Assembly: GCA_003140175.1 (NCBI GenBank)
Contig: PLJD01000096.1
Coordinates: forward strand, 16,324-80,323
Reading direction: 5' to 3'
Source: Actinomycetota bacterium
GTDB lineage: Bacteria; Actinomycetota; Acidimicrobiia; IMCC26256; PALSA-555
DNA: 64,000 bases
A model generated the notes under the pieces. That model saw nothing but the letters and a program-made list of their open reading frames with translations, was not told where the DNA came from and searched no databases. Made by a program: the position numbers and the translations under genes. Shown one piece after another: positions 29,589 through 38,208 of this stretch (the first letter of the stretch is position 1; the number at the start of each line of letters is the position of its first letter).

Positions 29589-31097
29589 TCAGTCCCCGGG
29601 CAAACGCGACGCCGGCAGACCTAGCAGCGCGCTGCGAACAACATCAAGAAGCTCGTCATCGCTGAGTTCCAACGCCGACGGAGACACCAAGGCGCGCCTC
29701 CGCAACGATATGACGACCGCCATCAACATGATGGCCGTGAGCGCGCCGCCCATGCTTGCAACTCCGACGTGGAGACCGATCCAGCCCACGAGCCCGCCGG
29801 CGAGACCTCCGCCAACAAAGAGAGGCACATCGCTGCGGATAAGACCGACGGCTACATAACCCTCGACGCCGTGTTCTCGAAGTGATTCGATGAGCACGCT
29901 CAAATGCCAGCCAATCAGCGCAGCACAGCCAGCCACAGCCCCAGCGACCACCGCTCCGCCGGCCGATGAGACGAAGGCGGACGGAAGAAACACCGTGGCA
30001 CTCACAAGTACGGTCGCCCCAAGCACGATCGAGTAGGCCAGGCGACGTCGCGCGGAGTTGCTGACTGGCGGGGACAGCAGCGGAAGCCCGGTGGCGATAA
30101 GCACCACGAGTGGGCCCAAAGCCGGCTCACCACGATGGAACACGATGAACGCTGCGGACCCCGCCACTACCAACGCCGCACGAGCTGCTGCCGGCCGAAT
30201 GCGCACAAGGGCCAGCGCCCCCAGCCCGCCCAGACCCACCAAGGCCAGAAACTCAGCACTCGCGGGGAACTTCTCGGCGCTCGCGGTATCGGCCGAGATT
30301 CCGACCGCGAGAAGCACCCCTGCTGTGAGGGCCACGATTCCGGAGACTCGCCAAACCGATTTTGGGGCAAGCCGCCGCACGACGACCGGGTCGGCCACAA
30401 GTAGGAGCCCGACGAGCGCAAGGACCATTGCCCAGGTCCCCACGTCCCGCAGAACGACGTATCCCGCCACAAAGCCGAGAATTGCGAAGGGCAGCAACTC
30501 CGTCTCTGACCGAGTCAACTCTCGTATGTGGCGACCAAGCGAGCCGCCATCGGCGGCCCACAGGATCGCGGCGACTAGAACGTTGTTCACAGTCCAGTAG
30601 CCGACGACAGCGAGGATTGCGCTCAGCCCCACGGCGATCCACTCGGATGCACCAGCGACAAACAGGCTGCGACCCAGCGCTGCGGCCGCAAGAGTTGCGA
30701 GCGTCGTACAGGACGCGTTGACTACAAGTTTCCGGAATGCACCGTTTCGGACGTGATCCCAATGCAAGCCAGCGGCAAGACCGCAAACGGCTGGGACCCA
30801 GAGAGGACCTCCCGCAACCGCCGTCGCCGCAGCCGCCGACAGAATCACCATGCTCGAGTTGATGGCGGTCTCATCGCCAAAGATTGCAACACGTTGCGTC
30901 GCGACCACGCTCAGGACAACGAGCGCAGCGACGGTCCACGCGTCTACATCGCCCGGCCGGCCAAGGAGAAAGGCTCCGGCTAGCCCGGACGCCGCGGCGA
31001 GCCCAAGCACAACGGTCATCGCCTTCAAGACGACCGACGGCCGCTCCGGAACTGGCCTTCGACCGATTTGTTCTGCAGCGACCACTCTCGGTTTCAC
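29589..31097 (-). CDS. Polytopic membrane protein (MASE-like sensor, no visible output domain)
   Basis: Many hydrophobic segments; the N-terminal half resembles membrane sensor regions seen in front of HD-GYP/GGDEF domains; GTGA-coupled to the sigma gene. Confidence 0.6.
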   Translation of the reverse strand: MKPRVVAAEQIGRRPVPERPSVVLKAMTVVLGLAAASGLAGAFLLGRPGDVDAWTVAALVVLSVVATQRVAIFGDETAINSSMVILSAAAATAVAGGPLWVPAVCGLAAGLHWDHVRNGAFRKLVVNASCTTLATLAAAALGRSLFVAGASEWIAVGLSAILAVVGYWTVNNVLVAAILWAADGGSLGRHIRELTRSETELLPFAILGFVAGYVVLRDVGTWAMVLALVGLLLVADPVVVRRLAPKSVWRVSGIVALTAGVLLAVGISADTASAEKFPASAEFLALVGLGGLGALALVRIRPAAARAALVVAGSAAFIVFHRGEPALGPLVVLIATGLPLLSPPVSNSARRRLAYSIVLGATVLVSATVFLPSAFVSSAGGAVVAGAVAGCAALIGWHLSVLIESLREHGVEGYVAVGLIRSDVPLFVGGGLAGGLVGWIGLHVGVASMGGALTAIMLMAVVISLRRRALVSPSALELSDDELLDVVRSALLGLPASRLPGD

Positions 31098-31837
31098 GAG
31101 TCACCCCCCGGCGGCACGAGCCGATCGCCATAGAGGTCCTGCAGCTGCTGATAGCAGTCGGCACATGCCACGCACGTGGACAGGTGCGCTGAAATCTGGG
31201 CCCTGACCTTGCGACTGAGCTGGCCGCGCAGATACCGGCCGAGTTTCGAACGTACCGGTCGGCAGGTGCGGCACCCTCCCGATGCCGTGTGCTCGATGCA
31301 GAGGCCGACCAGCTCTTCCCGAGCCCGGTGTGCCCTCTGTCGCGCCGCGACCGGCGTGATCCCAAGCTGCTCAGACAACTCCAGAAAGCCAAGCCCCTCC
31401 ACGTAGCGAAGGACAAGCACTTCTCGGCTAGTTCGCGAGAGGGACTCAAACGCCTCGCGAGCGAGCACCGTGTCTAGCTCCGTCAGTACACGTTCCTCGG
31501 GGCCTGCCTCGGTCGCGGCGATGTGCTCGGCGGCATCTGCCCCAACAAAACGTCGGCTCCCCTGCTGTCGAAGTTGGTTCCGCCATAGATTTCGGACCGA
31601 CGTCAGCAAGTAGGCCTTAACGTTTGACGCGTCCTCGATGTATTGAGCCCGGCGCAGGACATTGAGAATTGCGGTGTGCGTCAGGTCCTCGGCCTCGGCA
31701 TCGCTACGAACAAGCCGCCTCGCAACTCGGAGCGCATCGCCTCGATACTGCGCGATGACCTGATCGAGTTCGTGATTTGGAGACCACTCCGCTCCACCCG
31801 GGCTCGACATCGACCCGCTCCCACCCTCCTGCCACAT
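31094..31837 (-). CDS. ECF sigma factor fused to a C-terminal zf-HC2 (ZAS) domain
   Basis: Region 2 AEAEDL...YLLTSVRN, region 4 LRYVEGL...RARE, C-terminal HLSTCVAC (HxxxCxxC). Confidence 0.88.
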   Translation of the reverse strand: MWQEGGSGSMSSPGGAEWSPNHELDQVIAQYRGDALRVARRLVRSDAEAEDLTHTAILNVLRRAQYIEDASNVKAYLLTSVRNLWRNQLRQQGSRRFVGADAAEHIAATEAGPEERVLTELDTVLAREAFESLSRTSREVLVLRYVEGLGFLELSEQLGITPVAARQRAHRAREELVGLCIEHTASGGCRTCRPVRSKLGRYLRGQLSRKVRAQISAHLSTCVACADCYQQLQDLYGDRLVPPGGDS

Positions 31838-32046
31838 CGAGGCGGGTAGGAAACTACCGGTGACGAGGTTCGATTGCTATGGGTGATCGCGGAAGGAAGG
31901 GATCGTTTCTATGTCACACACCTCGCGCGCTGGTGTCCTGCGTGCCTGCCCGGCCACAGCGCTTCCACGGTCGGTCCAGACGTCTCGAGGGATCCCCAAA
32001 TCCGTCGGTGCTCGGCCTGTGTCGGCGGGTTGGGTACCGTGAGGTC

Positions 32047-32601
32047 GTGTGGCTGCTGATCGCTACCGCGTTGGTCAGCCTTTTCGTCATCAGCCTCACG
32101 CACGGAAGTTTCGGCGAGTTGACAAGGTTGCGGGTCGCGGCGCCGTGGCTCCTCGCCACAGGACTCGTTGTCCAGGCGATCCTCGAATACATCGACATTC
32201 CAAGAAGCGACATCGATACCGTCGGTTATGGCTTGCTGATGGCCTCGTACGTCCTGATCCTCGCCTTCTGCGTTGCGAATATTCGAACCCGCGGATTCGG
32301 CGTGATCGCAATCGGCATAGCTCTAAACGCTCTCGTCATCGGACTCAATCAGGGCATGCCCACTAAGCCTGTGGGTGATGGTCCCCATGGCAACCGCGTC
32401 TTCAAACCCGTCGTTCAGACGGTCAAACACCGCCAGGAACGGAGCGATGATCTGTTGCGGTTTCTCGACGACCGAATCCTTTTTCCAAAGCCCTTCGACG
32501 AGTTGGTGTCGTTCGGCGACCTCGTCATGGCCGTAGGTATCTGCGAGTTGATGTACTACGCGAGCCGGCGGCCCGCAGGCGCTCCCGCCGTCACCGCGTG
32601 A
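32047..32601 (+). CDS. DUF5317 family membrane protein
   Basis: G.ALNALVI.LN.GMP, H, LDDRI and SFGD motifs. Confidence 0.85.
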   Translation: MWLLIATALVSLFVISLTHGSFGELTRLRVAAPWLLATGLVVQAILEYIDIPRSDIDTVGYGLLMASYVLILAFCVANIRTRGFGVIAIGIALNALVIGLNQGMPTKPVGDGPHGNRVFKPVVQTVKHRQERSDDLLRFLDDRILFPKPFDELVSFGDLVMAVGICELMYYASRRPAGAPAVTA

Positions 32602-33769
32602 GCAGTCCTCGACCTCGAAGGACCGATTCGAGCGCCGTCAGAACATTGCCGTCGTACACATAGGCCGGGCCGGTGAACAGAGCCTCGACCGCCCACGATG
32701 CGTGGGCATCGTCGCCCCCGGTCAGTTCGTCGTAGGCACTTGCGACCTTGAGGATCTGACCCATCAGTACCGCTCGGGTTTCCGACGGCGGATTCGAAGG
32801 GCGATGAAGCCCCGGTTCGGCGGCCACGATGTCGCCGGCATTGGCGAGCGCGTTGCTTGAGCGGAGCATGTCTGCGCCGGCCCTCGCGACGTCGGTGGCA
32901 TCCAGCTTTAGTCCGGTCGGCGGCTCGTCCAGGGACACTGCGCCGAGGTGATGCAGCCAAGCCGCGGTCTCGAGATCCCGGAGGCTGGCGTTGCTGACGC
33001 CGAGCTCTTGTCCGAGCCCAACGGATAGACCCGCCACCCGCTCAACATGTCCTTTGCGGGCTAGGCCACCGAGCTCTGGCGCGACTCCGAGCGCTTGAAC
33101 CGTTTGCTGGAACGTTCGACGAGTTCGGAGTAACAGCTCGTAGGAGTACCACGCAGCCAGGAGCGGAACCGAAAATAAGATTGGGCCCCAAAGGCCAAGC
33201 CCGCCTTGCCCGCCGATACCACCGTAACCAATTGCCATCAGCATTCCGCTGGTCGCGAGAGCTAGGTCAGCTCCACGACCCCGCCAGCGCGCCACGTACC
33301 CCTCCCGCAACAGAGTTACGAGATCGGCAACCACGAGTTCTGCGACTGCGGCTGCCGCCAGGGCACAGAAAACGACGAGTCGCGGATCTGAAGTAGCGCC
33401 GACGCGCATAGTCAGCTGAAACGCTGCGCCGGCACCGAGGCCCTCTGCGAGGTATTCAGCGAGCAGCAAGACTCGGCTTGGTATCCCACGCGGCTCCGTT
33501 CGCAGTGTCACGGCAACCACGGGAGCGAGGCTCGCGATCGCGACGAACTCGCCAGGCGACGCTGATCGCAGCAGTACGACGATGACCGCGAGGCCAACCG
33601 GAAGAGGGCTGCGCTGGTCGGGTCTCAACTCAAATATGTACCCGGCAACGAGAGCAGTACCGATCACGATCAGGTTGGTCGTGTCGGTGCTCGCGCCAGC
33701 AGCAATGGCGATGAGCAGGGTCAGGAAACATGCTCCGGCAAGAAGGAATAGGCGCCGCGCCTGGTTCAT
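32591..33769 (-). CDS. Membrane sensor fused to a degenerate HD-GYP domain
   Basis: N-terminal TM helices, then GHVERVA...AAWLHHLG...ILKVASAYDELT...YDGNVL; HD is HH, and HHE, GYP and RPY are absent. Confidence 0.85.
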   Translation of the reverse strand: MNQARRLFLLAGACFLTLLIAIAAGASTDTTNLIVIGTALVAGYIFELRPDQRSPLPVGLAVIVVLLRSASPGEFVAIASLAPVVAVTLRTEPRGIPSRVLLLAEYLAEGLGAGAAFQLTMRVGATSDPRLVVFCALAAAAVAELVVADLVTLLREGYVARWRGRGADLALATSGMLMAIGYGGIGGQGGLGLWGPILFSVPLLAAWYSYELLLRTRRTFQQTVQALGVAPELGGLARKGHVERVAGLSVGLGQELGVSNASLRDLETAAWLHHLGAVSLDEPPTGLKLDATDVARAGADMLRSSNALANAGDIVAAEPGLHRPSNPPSETRAVLMGQILKVASAYDELTGGDDAHASWAVEALFTGPAYVYDGNVLTALESVLRGRGLLTR

Positions 33770-34050
33770 GAGACCGTCTCCGTGCCATCGGCACACTCGC
33801 AACGACACGCCTCGGGCGGAGGTCGCTGTTCGCAGTGGCCAAGATACGCGAGCGCGGCACGCTGGGTGGGGAACGGTGCTGGATATGAGGACGTCGGTAT
33901 CGGCGATAGGTCTCGGCTCTCGCCGATGCCCGCCGCCGGCTGAGGCAGCATCGAGACTCCCGAGTGCGACCACATCTTGGCGATCGCCCAGGTGTGTGGA
34001 AAAGGCGGATTGGGCAGGGTCCCCGATCCAATCAGATGTTTCTCGTGGCG

Positions 34051-34140
34051 CTAGCGGAGGCCCTTGCCGGCACCGCCCGCGAGGACAAGTGCAGCAATGC
34101 TCGACCCGACAAGCGCAAGACGGACGATCAGCTTCTTCAT
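34051..34140 (-). CDS. 29-aa signal-peptide-like small protein MKKLIVRLALVGSSIAALVLAGGAGKGLR
   Basis: ATG at 34140, TAG at 34053-34051, AGAGGGGG RBS about 8 nt upstream; basic N-terminus, hydrophobic core, short tail. Below the ORF-track cutoff. Confidence 0.8.
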   Translation of the reverse strand: MKKLIVRLALVGSSIAALVLAGGAGKGLR

Positions 34141-34357
34141 AGCGAATTCCCCCTCTCTGAAAGCTCTCCTACCGGCTTCGCTATCCCCGGTGAGGTGAAC
34201 GCTCCGCTGATTCCCAACTGTTTGGGTTCCGTCGAGGCCCTGCCCATTCGACCCTCCCGGGCTCTCAACACAGGGCTCAGCTCGAACTCAAGCACAGGAG
34301 CAACTCTACGCGCCCCTGTAACTCTGCCGACGCCCAGCGGCGGTAGCCGCGATGTGT

Positions 34358-34373
34358 TGGGATCCACGTCACA
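34358..34373. promoter_or_regulatory. Possible CRP/FNR-type site TGGGA-N6-TCACA
   Basis: 9/10 match to TGTGA-N6-TCACA in the divergent region between the peptide gene and the 34427 ORF. Confidence 0.35.
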
Positions 34374-34426
34374 CGTCCGGGAGTTCCGTATCCTCCAAGC
34401 GGGACTAGTCGAGCTAAGGCGGCCCG

Positions 34427-35107
34427 ATGACCGAGCAGGGGATCGCGGGACTCGATGTCCAGGCGATCGAAAGTGAGCTCACTCGCCTTCCTGAGATTGT
34501 CGCCTGTCGCATCGTCGCTGATCCCCTCGGGCGCCCGCTCGAAGTTCATGTCTTGGCGCACCCTGGGAAACACCCAAAGCAGGTAGTGCGTGACATCCAA
34601 TCGGTCGCTTTGGCGTCGTTCGGCCTTGAGATCGATCGGCGGATCGTTTCAGTCGTTCAGCTTGGGCCCAGTGGTGCAGAGGGGGTCGAGCCGTCGCCAG
34701 CCCCGTTGGCCCGGATTGCGATCGGTGCAATTCAGTCGCAGTTGGAGGGGAAGCGGGCGACGATCCGTGTCACGCTTACATCGGGCAGCGTTGATGCGAC
34801 GGGGTTCGCTGAGGGATCGATTGCGGCAGCGACCCGTTTGCGTCTGGTCGCGACTGCGACGCTCGACGCGCTCCGCCAGCTACACAACTCGGCAGAGGCC
34901 ATCGAAGTGGAGCACGCGTCCATCGGCAAGGTGGGTAGCCAGGAAGTCGTCGCCGTAGCCCTCATCCTCGTCGATCCACCACACGAGTACGAGCTGGTCG
35001 GGACCGCCCTGGCGCGCCAGTCGCCCGACGTCGCGACCGTCCGAGCAGTCCTCGACGCAGTCAACCGTCGGATCTCGTATCTGTCGGGAGAGCACACGGT
35101 CTCCTGA
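34427..35107 (+). CDS. Conserved hypothetical protein (EVHVLA...KQVVRDIQS family)
   Basis: EVHVLAHPGKHPKQVVRDIQS...IDRRIVSVVQL; C-terminal ATVRAVLDAVNR. Confidence 0.85.
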   Translation: MTEQGIAGLDVQAIESELTRLPEIVACRIVADPLGRPLEVHVLAHPGKHPKQVVRDIQSVALASFGLEIDRRIVSVVQLGPSGAEGVEPSPAPLARIAIGAIQSQLEGKRATIRVTLTSGSVDATGFAEGSIAAATRLRLVATATLDALRQLHNSAEAIEVEHASIGKVGSQEVVAVALILVDPPHEYELVGTALARQSPDVATVRAVLDAVNRRISYLSGEHTVS

Positions 35108-35126
35108 TCGCGCGCAGAATCGGCTG

Positions 35127-36212
35127 ATGGGTACTCGGACTGCGGTCCTGCTCTCATACCGTCTGGGCGGCCAGGACGGGGTGTCGGTGGAGGCCCGGAA
35201 ATGGCAATGGGCGCTCCAGCATCTTGGCTTTGCGGTCCGCCGGGTCGCGGGTGAGTTCGACGACGATCTCTCGGCGGCTGACATCTGCTTGCCGTTCCTG
35301 GCCCGTGAGCGTCGGCCCGGTCAGCCCGCAGAGCACCGCGAGATCGGCCGGGCGGTCGCGGACGCTGATCTGGTCGTCGTCGAGAACTTGTGCTCACTGC
35401 CCTTGAACTTGGAGGCGGCCCGGGCCGCGGCTGCGGCGTTGGCTGCTTTCGCCGGGCGGGTCGTGTTTCATCATCACGACTTGCCGTGGGAACGGGCCGA
35501 GTTCGAGCCCTACACGGAGTTTCCCCCGCGCCGGTCGAACTCACTCCACGTCGTGATCAGCGAGCAGGCTCGTGCGGCACTGGCCCTTCGGGGGATGGAC
35601 GCGGTGACGATCCGCAACGGCTTCGACCTCGATGCGAAGCCGGGACGGCGCACGTCCACGCGGCGCCGCCTCGGATTTAGTCCCCAGGACGTCGTCGTGC
35701 TCCAGCCCACCCGCGCGATTGCGCGCAAGGACGTCGGCCGGGGGTTAGATCTCGCCGAGCGCCTCACCGTCGAGCTGCCGCGACGCCGCGTGCGTTACTG
35801 GCTCACCGGGCCCGCCGAGGATGGCTATGCAACCACCCTCGAGGACATCCTCGGTGCGGCCCGGATCTCGACCACCCACCTGCGCACCGAGAACGTGTCG
35901 GATGCCTATGCCGCATCGGACGTCGTGGTGATGCCGTCACGGTGGGAGGGATTCGGCAACCCGGTCATCGAGGCGATGATCGCCAGACGGCCGGTCGCAT
36001 CCGCTCCGTACCCGGTGCTGCGCGAACTCCTGGAGCTCGGGCTACACGTCCTGCCCATCGACGATCCGAGCGCCGTCGCGAGATTCCTCCAACGCCCGGA
36101 TGCGGGCATCTTGGAGGGCAACCGGGACGTCGTCGCGCGGGAGCTCGCTCTCGCCGACCTGCCCAAGCGGCTGACGGACGCGTTCGGGCGGGTAGGTTGG
36201 GCTGACTGGTGA
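35127..36212 (+). CDS. Glycosyltransferase family 4
   Basis: DGVSVE..KW, QPTRAIARK, PSRWEGFGNPVIEA. Confidence 0.9.
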   Translation: MGTRTAVLLSYRLGGQDGVSVEARKWQWALQHLGFAVRRVAGEFDDDLSAADICLPFLARERRPGQPAEHREIGRAVADADLVVVENLCSLPLNLEAARAAAAALAAFAGRVVFHHHDLPWERAEFEPYTEFPPRRSNSLHVVISEQARAALALRGMDAVTIRNGFDLDAKPGRRTSTRRRLGFSPQDVVVLQPTRAIARKDVGRGLDLAERLTVELPRRRVRYWLTGPAEDGYATTLEDILGAARISTTHLRTENVSDAYAASDVVVMPSRWEGFGNPVIEAMIARRPVASAPYPVLRELLELGLHVLPIDDPSAVARFLQRPDAGILEGNRDVVARELALADLPKRLTDAFGRVGWADW

Positions 36213-36487
36213 GCGAGCCCTCTGACCCGATCCTGCAACAGCGCGCACGGATCCGCCACTTCGTGGCGGTCGCACAACGCTGCGGGTACGGGGCGATGCT
36301 GCTGGCCATCGTGTTCTTCGGGATCGGGGCAGCCACCAACTTTCCCGACTGGACCGTTGTGTCGACCGTCACCACGCTCGTGATCTCCATGGCCGTCCTC
36401 CCGGTCCCCATCGTCCTGGGCTATGGCGTGCGCGCGGCCGAGCGGGAGGACCGTCAGCGCCAATCCCCCGAGCGCGGCGCCGAGTAG
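36209..36487 (+). CDS. Small two-TM membrane protein
   Basis: Coupled to the GT4 gene; PIVLGYGVRAAEREDR. Confidence 0.75.
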   Translation: MSEPSDPILQQRARIRHFVAVAQRCGYGAMLLAIVFFGIGAATNFPDWTVVSTVTTLVISMAVLPVPIVLGYGVRAAEREDRQRQSPERGAE

Positions 36488-36556
36488 CGGTTCGCCCGAC
36501 CGCCGGACGACCATCTACCCTCGGACCGATCGGGCGACCACCGAAGGGAGATCGCC

Positions 36557-37561
36557 GTGCGGTACCGCCGCTTCGGGAACTCTGACCTCGTTGTCTCGGA
36601 AGTCGGGTTCGGCACCTGGACGCTGGCCAGCGACTGGTGGGGCGTCGTCGAGGACAAGCAGGGGCTGCTGCACGCAGCGCTGGACGCGGGCATCACGTTC
36701 TTCGACACCGCCCCCGTCTACGGCAACGACGGCGTCGGTGAGTCGCTGCTCGTGGAGCTGCTCCGCACCCATCGAGCAGAGATCGTCCTGACCACCAAGT
36801 GCGGGTACGACATCGACGCCCCCCGCCCCCCCGGCCAGTCCGAACGACCTCAGGACTGGCGGCCCGAGGCGATTCGGGAGCAGCTCGATGCCTCGCTGCG
36901 CCGGCTGGGGACGGACTACGTGGACCTCTACCAGCTCCACAACGCCCGACTCTCGCCGATCCTGGACGACGATCTCTGGGCCGAGCTCGCGCGCTTACGC
37001 GAGCAAGGCAAGGTCCGTGAGCTCGGCGTCGCGCTGGGACCAGCCATCGGATGGGTCCAGGAGGGCCTCGAGTCTCTGCGCCGACGGCCGATCGCGTCGC
37101 TGCAGACGGTCTTCAACATTTTGGAGCAGGAGCCGGGCCGCACCTTCGCCGCCGAGCCTGCGATCGTGGACGGGACGGCCGGGCTCATCTCGCGCGTCCC
37201 GCATGCTTCGGATGTGCTCTCGGGCAAGATCGACCGCGACACGGTCTTCGCGGCGACCGACCACCGCTCCCACCGCAACCGGGACAACATGCTCGACAAC
37301 TTCGAGAAGGCCGAGACGCTCTCCTTCCTGTGGGAGGGCAGCGGCCGGACGATCGCGCAGGCGGCCGTCGCGGGGATCCTCGCCAATCCTGCGTTCACGA
37401 CCGTGCTGCCAACGTGCGTCACGGTCGACGACGTTCGAGAGTTTGCGACCGCCGCTGACCATCCCCTCGATGCGAGCGAAATCGCGCGGCTTGGAGAGCT
37501 TTGGGAGAGCAACTTCGGTCACACCGACCGGTATGAGATGCCCTTGAAGTCCAGCGCGTGA
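36557..37561 (+). CDS. Aldo/keto reductase
   Basis: VSEVGFG, FDTAPVYG, TK, SLRRLGTDYVDLYQLH. Confidence 0.93.
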   Translation: MRYRRFGNSDLVVSEVGFGTWTLASDWWGVVEDKQGLLHAALDAGITFFDTAPVYGNDGVGESLLVELLRTHRAEIVLTTKCGYDIDAPRPPGQSERPQDWRPEAIREQLDASLRRLGTDYVDLYQLHNARLSPILDDDLWAELARLREQGKVRELGVALGPAIGWVQEGLESLRRRPIASLQTVFNILEQEPGRTFAAEPAIVDGTAGLISRVPHASDVLSGKIDRDTVFAATDHRSHRNRDNMLDNFEKAETLSFLWEGSGRTIAQAAVAGILANPAFTTVLPTCVTVDDVREFATAADHPLDASEIARLGELWESNFGHTDRYEMPLKSSA

Positions 37562-38208
37562 GCGCACGTCCCGCGACGACGCGTCTCCCGGCCGAGCGGC
37601 GTCGCCAACAGATCCTGGACGTCGCCTGCTCGGTGTTCGCCGACCGGGGCTTCCACGCCACGTCGATGGATGACATCGCTGGCGCGGCTGGGGTGACGAA
37701 GCCGGTCCTGTACCAGCACTTCCCCTCGAAGCGGGCGCTCTTCGTGGATCTGCTCGGCGACCTCGGGAGGCGACTACTCCACGATCTCAACGCCGCGACG
37801 GGCGCCGTCCAGACGGGTCGTGAGCGCGTCGAGGGAGGGTTCGCGGCCTACTTCCGGTTCGTGACCGGCAACGAAGCCGCGTTTCGTGTGCTCTTCGGCG
37901 CCTCGGCCCGAAACGACCCCGAGTTCGCGGACATCATCGAGCGCCTGCTCGACGACGTCGCTGGCGTGATCAGCCTCCTGATCGATATCGAGGGGATACC
38001 CGAACACCGTCGGGTCCTCGCCCACGCGCTCGTCGGGATCGCCGAGGCGACCAGCCGCGATGCGTTGACCGGCGACGGCAACGGCCTCGACGCCGACGAG
38101 CTGGCCCGGTGGGTGTCGGAGCTGGCCTGGTTCGGCCTCCGAGGTGTCCGAGGTGACGAGCCCGCATCGGCGACCCGCGCTGGGCGCTTCCCGGTCGAAC
38201 TCCGCTAG
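37558..38208 (+). CDS. TetR/AcrR family regulator
   Basis: TSMDDIAGAAGVTKPVLYQHFPSK HTH. Confidence 0.93.
   Translation: MSARPATTRLPAERRRQQILDVACSVFADRGFHATSMDDIAGAAGVTKPVLYQHFPSKRALFVDLLGDLGRRLLHDLNAATGAVQTGRERVEGGFAAYFRFVTGNEAAFRVLFGASARNDPEFADIIERLLDDVAGVISLLIDIEGIPEHRRVLAHALVGIAEATSRDALTGDGNGLDADELARWVSELAWFGLRGVRGDEPASATRAGRFPVELR

Noticed and set aside
34141-34260. Canonical c-di-AMP riboswitch
   Set aside because: The conserved 3' half is missing; kept only as a low-confidence structured leader.
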